This document shows, one piece after another, positions 62,158 through 64,000 of a stretch of 64,000 nt of DNA; the stretch's first letter is position 1; every line of letters begins with the position of its first letter. The DNA comes from Rebecca billardiae RCC1528 (lineage: Eukaryota > Protista > Haptophyta). A model generated the notes under the pieces. That model was not told the origin of the DNA and did not search any database. It was given only the letters and a program-made list of their open reading frames with translations. A program made the translations under genes and the position numbers. Location of the stretch: positions 248,001 to 312,000 of the forward strand of contig OZ251223.1 of the NCBI GenBank assembly GCA_965240325.2, given 5' to 3'.

Positions 62158-64000
62158 TCAGAGCTCGAAGATGCTGTCGGCCGTGCGCTCGACGTCGCGC
62201 GAGTGCACGCGCGTGTTGGTGAGGACGAGGACGGCGCGCGCGTCCGTCGCGAGCAGGGCGAACTCGCCCGCGACGTCGAGCGCGAGCGCGCACGGCGGGT
62301 AGCCGTGGCTCCTCATCGCGAGGTCGACCGTGGCGCGCGGCTCGAGGCTGAGCGCGTCGAGCGAGCTCACCTCTCCGCTGCGGCTGAGCGCGACGATCGT
62401 GCGGCCGCCGCGCGCGTACACGGCGCTGACGAGCTCGCACGGCAGCCGAGCGTCGGCGAGGCGCCGGCCGCGCGGGTCGTACAGCGCGAGCGCGGCCGGC
62501 CAGCGCGAGGGCGGCGGGCGCGGGCGGCGCGGCGCCGGCGCCGGCGGCGTCGGCTTCGGCTCCTCGACGCGCCCCTCGCGCCGTAGACGCTCCCACTCGC
62601 GCGTCTCCTTGGGCGAGCGGCGCGGCGGCTCGGGCTCGGACGCGCGCGCGGCCGACGCGGACGAGGGCGCGGGCGCGTGGACGCAGCCGTCGTCGACGAG
62701 GACGACCGCCCGGCCCGAGATCGGGTCGATGTCGAAGCCGCACGGCGTGCCCGAGCGCGGCGGCTCCGCGTGCCACAGGAGCGCGCCGCGCTGATGGCAC
62801 CAGCAGATAAGCTCGGCCGCGCCGCCGGACAGCACGACCCCGAGGCTCAGGTCGAGCGCCACGGCCTGCACGCGCGCGGCGTGGCCGCTGAGCACGTGCA
62901 GCGGCACGAGCGCGAGGCCCGGCGCCGCGCCCGCCGCGCCGCCGCCGCCCATCGCGCCGCCCGCGCCCGCGCCGCCGCCGCCGCCGGCCGGCGCGGCGGC
63001 GCGAGGGCACACGACCCATGCCACGACGACGCCGTCTGCGTCGCCCGAGACGCAGTGGGCGGAGAGGGCGGCGGCGTCGGCGGCGGCTTGGGGCGGCGGC
63101 GGCGGCGGCGTGGCGAAGGCGACGCAGGTGACGCGCGCGCAGTGGCGCACGCCGTGCGCCACCGCCGCCGCGCCGCCGCCGTCCGCGCCACCCGCGCCGA
63201 GGCGCACGCAGCGCACGGAGCAATCAGCATGGCCGCCGCTCAGCAGTAGCCGGCCGTCCGCCGAGAAGGCGACGTCGCGGGGCGCGACGGTGCCGACGGC
63301 CGCGAGCGCGGGCGGCGCGCCGTCGTGCCCGCCGGGCGTGGCCGGGGCCGCGCCCGCCGCCGCGTGGCTCGCCGCGGCGCACAGCGGCTCGCGCACGCGC
63401 AGCGGCGCGCACGCGGGCTCTCGAGCGAGCTGCGGCCTCGCGCTCAGCGCGTCTCTTCCGGGAAGTTTCGCGCGGTACGCCCAGAGCTCGCCCGCGGCGG
63501 TGGCGAGGACGACGGCGCCGAGGGCGGGCGCGTACGAGATGGCGACCACGGCCGAGGGCAGCGCCTGCCGCTCCGCGCGCCGCGAGCCACCCGAGCCGCC
63601 CGGCGGCGTGGCGGCCGCGCCGTGCGCGCCGGGCGTGCGCGGCGACTGTGCGCCGGCGGCGGGCTCGGCCGCGCCGGGCGGCGCGTGCCGCGGCGCCGCG
63701 GCCGACGGCGGGTCGATGACGAACGGCCCGTGGAGGTGGAGGCGGAGCGAGGCGGCGCGCTGCTTCCGCGCGCCGTGCGACGTGCCCTCGTCCCACGCCG
63801 CGCCGAACAGCGCCTCGGCCGGGGTGGTGCCGTGCGCAAAGCGCGGCGCGGCGGGCGCGCCGGCCGCGGCGCGCGCGCCCGCGCCGCCGCCGCCGCCCGC
63901 GCCGCCGCCGAGGCCGCGCAGCGCGGCGGCGGGCGCCGGCCCCGCGCCGCGCGGCGGGTGCGGCCGCGTGAGCAGCTGCGCGGGGCACTGCCCGAACCAC
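62158..64000 (-). CDS. C-terminal part of a BEACH-domain WD40 protein, 5'-truncated by the window
   Basis: The frame open from 63999 reads FGQCPAQLLTRPHPPR (end-of-BEACH motif FGQxPxQLxxxPHPxR), then WD40-like LLSGGHADCSVR, HCARVTCV, CVSGDADGVVVAW, VLSGHAARV. Confidence 0.85.
   Translation of the reverse strand, partial: WFGQCPAQLLTRPHPPRGAGPAPAAALRGLGGGAGGGGGAGARAAAGAPAAPRFAHGTTPAEALFGAAWDEGTSHGARKQRAASLRLHLHGPFVIDPPSAAAPRHAPPGAAEPAAGAQSPRTPGAHGAAATPPGGSGGSRRAERQALPSAVVAISYAPALGAVVLATAAGELWAYRAKLPGRDALSARPQLAREPACAPLRVREPLCAAASHAAAGAAPATPGGHDGAPPALAAVGTVAPRDVAFSADGRLLLSGGHADCSVRCVRLGAGGADGGGAAAVAHGVRHCARVTCVAFATPPPPPPQAAADAAALSAHCVSGDADGVVVAWVVCPRAAAPAGGGGGAGAGGAMGGGGAAGAAPGLALVPLHVLSGHAARVQAVALDLSLGVVLSGGAAELICWCHQRGALLWHAEPPRSGTPCGFDIDPISGRAVVLVDDGCVHAPAPSSASAARASEPEPPRRSPKETREWERLRREGRVEEPKPTPPAPAPRRPRPPPSRWPAALALYDPRGRRLADARLPCELVSAVYARGGRTIVALSRSGEVSSLDALSLEPRATVDLAMRSHGYPPCALALDVAGEFALLATDARAVLVLTNTRVHSRDVERTADSIFEL

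Overview
Very GC-rich, gene-dense eukaryotic DNA with short GC-rich spliceosomal introns, mostly with GTGCGC-type donors. A formate/nitrite transporter with a signal-plus-transit-like leader points to an alga with a secondary plastid, plausibly a haptophyte (inference). About 20 protein genes are supported: two Sel1-repeat/MYND proteins, a sulfotransferase-like protein, an RluA pseudouridine synthase, an acyl-CoA thioesterase, a divergent SMC, an O-fucosyltransferase-like protein, V-ATPase subunit D, an FNT transporter, a methyltransferase, a sugar-nucleotide transporter, NDUFA12, WEE1, a DUF6067 glycoside-hydrolase-like protein, a SAM + SLIP-GC-like GTPase, a Ycf45-like ATPase, a partial BEACH-WD40 protein and several hypotheticals. 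The standout is one ~1900-aa gene (7765-14043) that joins a myosin motor and IQ motif to a complete polycystin-2/TRPP-type channel with a canonical EF-hand. Mobile DNA includes an intact Ty1/copia element with apparently identical LTRs, inserted in a (TA)n tract, whose polyprotein has an unusual N-terminal MYND finger. There is also a candidate solo LTR in the same tract, a 293-bp MITE with a 7-bp TSD, and a tRNA-derived SINE that shares its 3' tail with three 5'-truncated retroposon copies. All family calls come from recognising motifs by eye. No database search was run, and exon boundaries are predictions.
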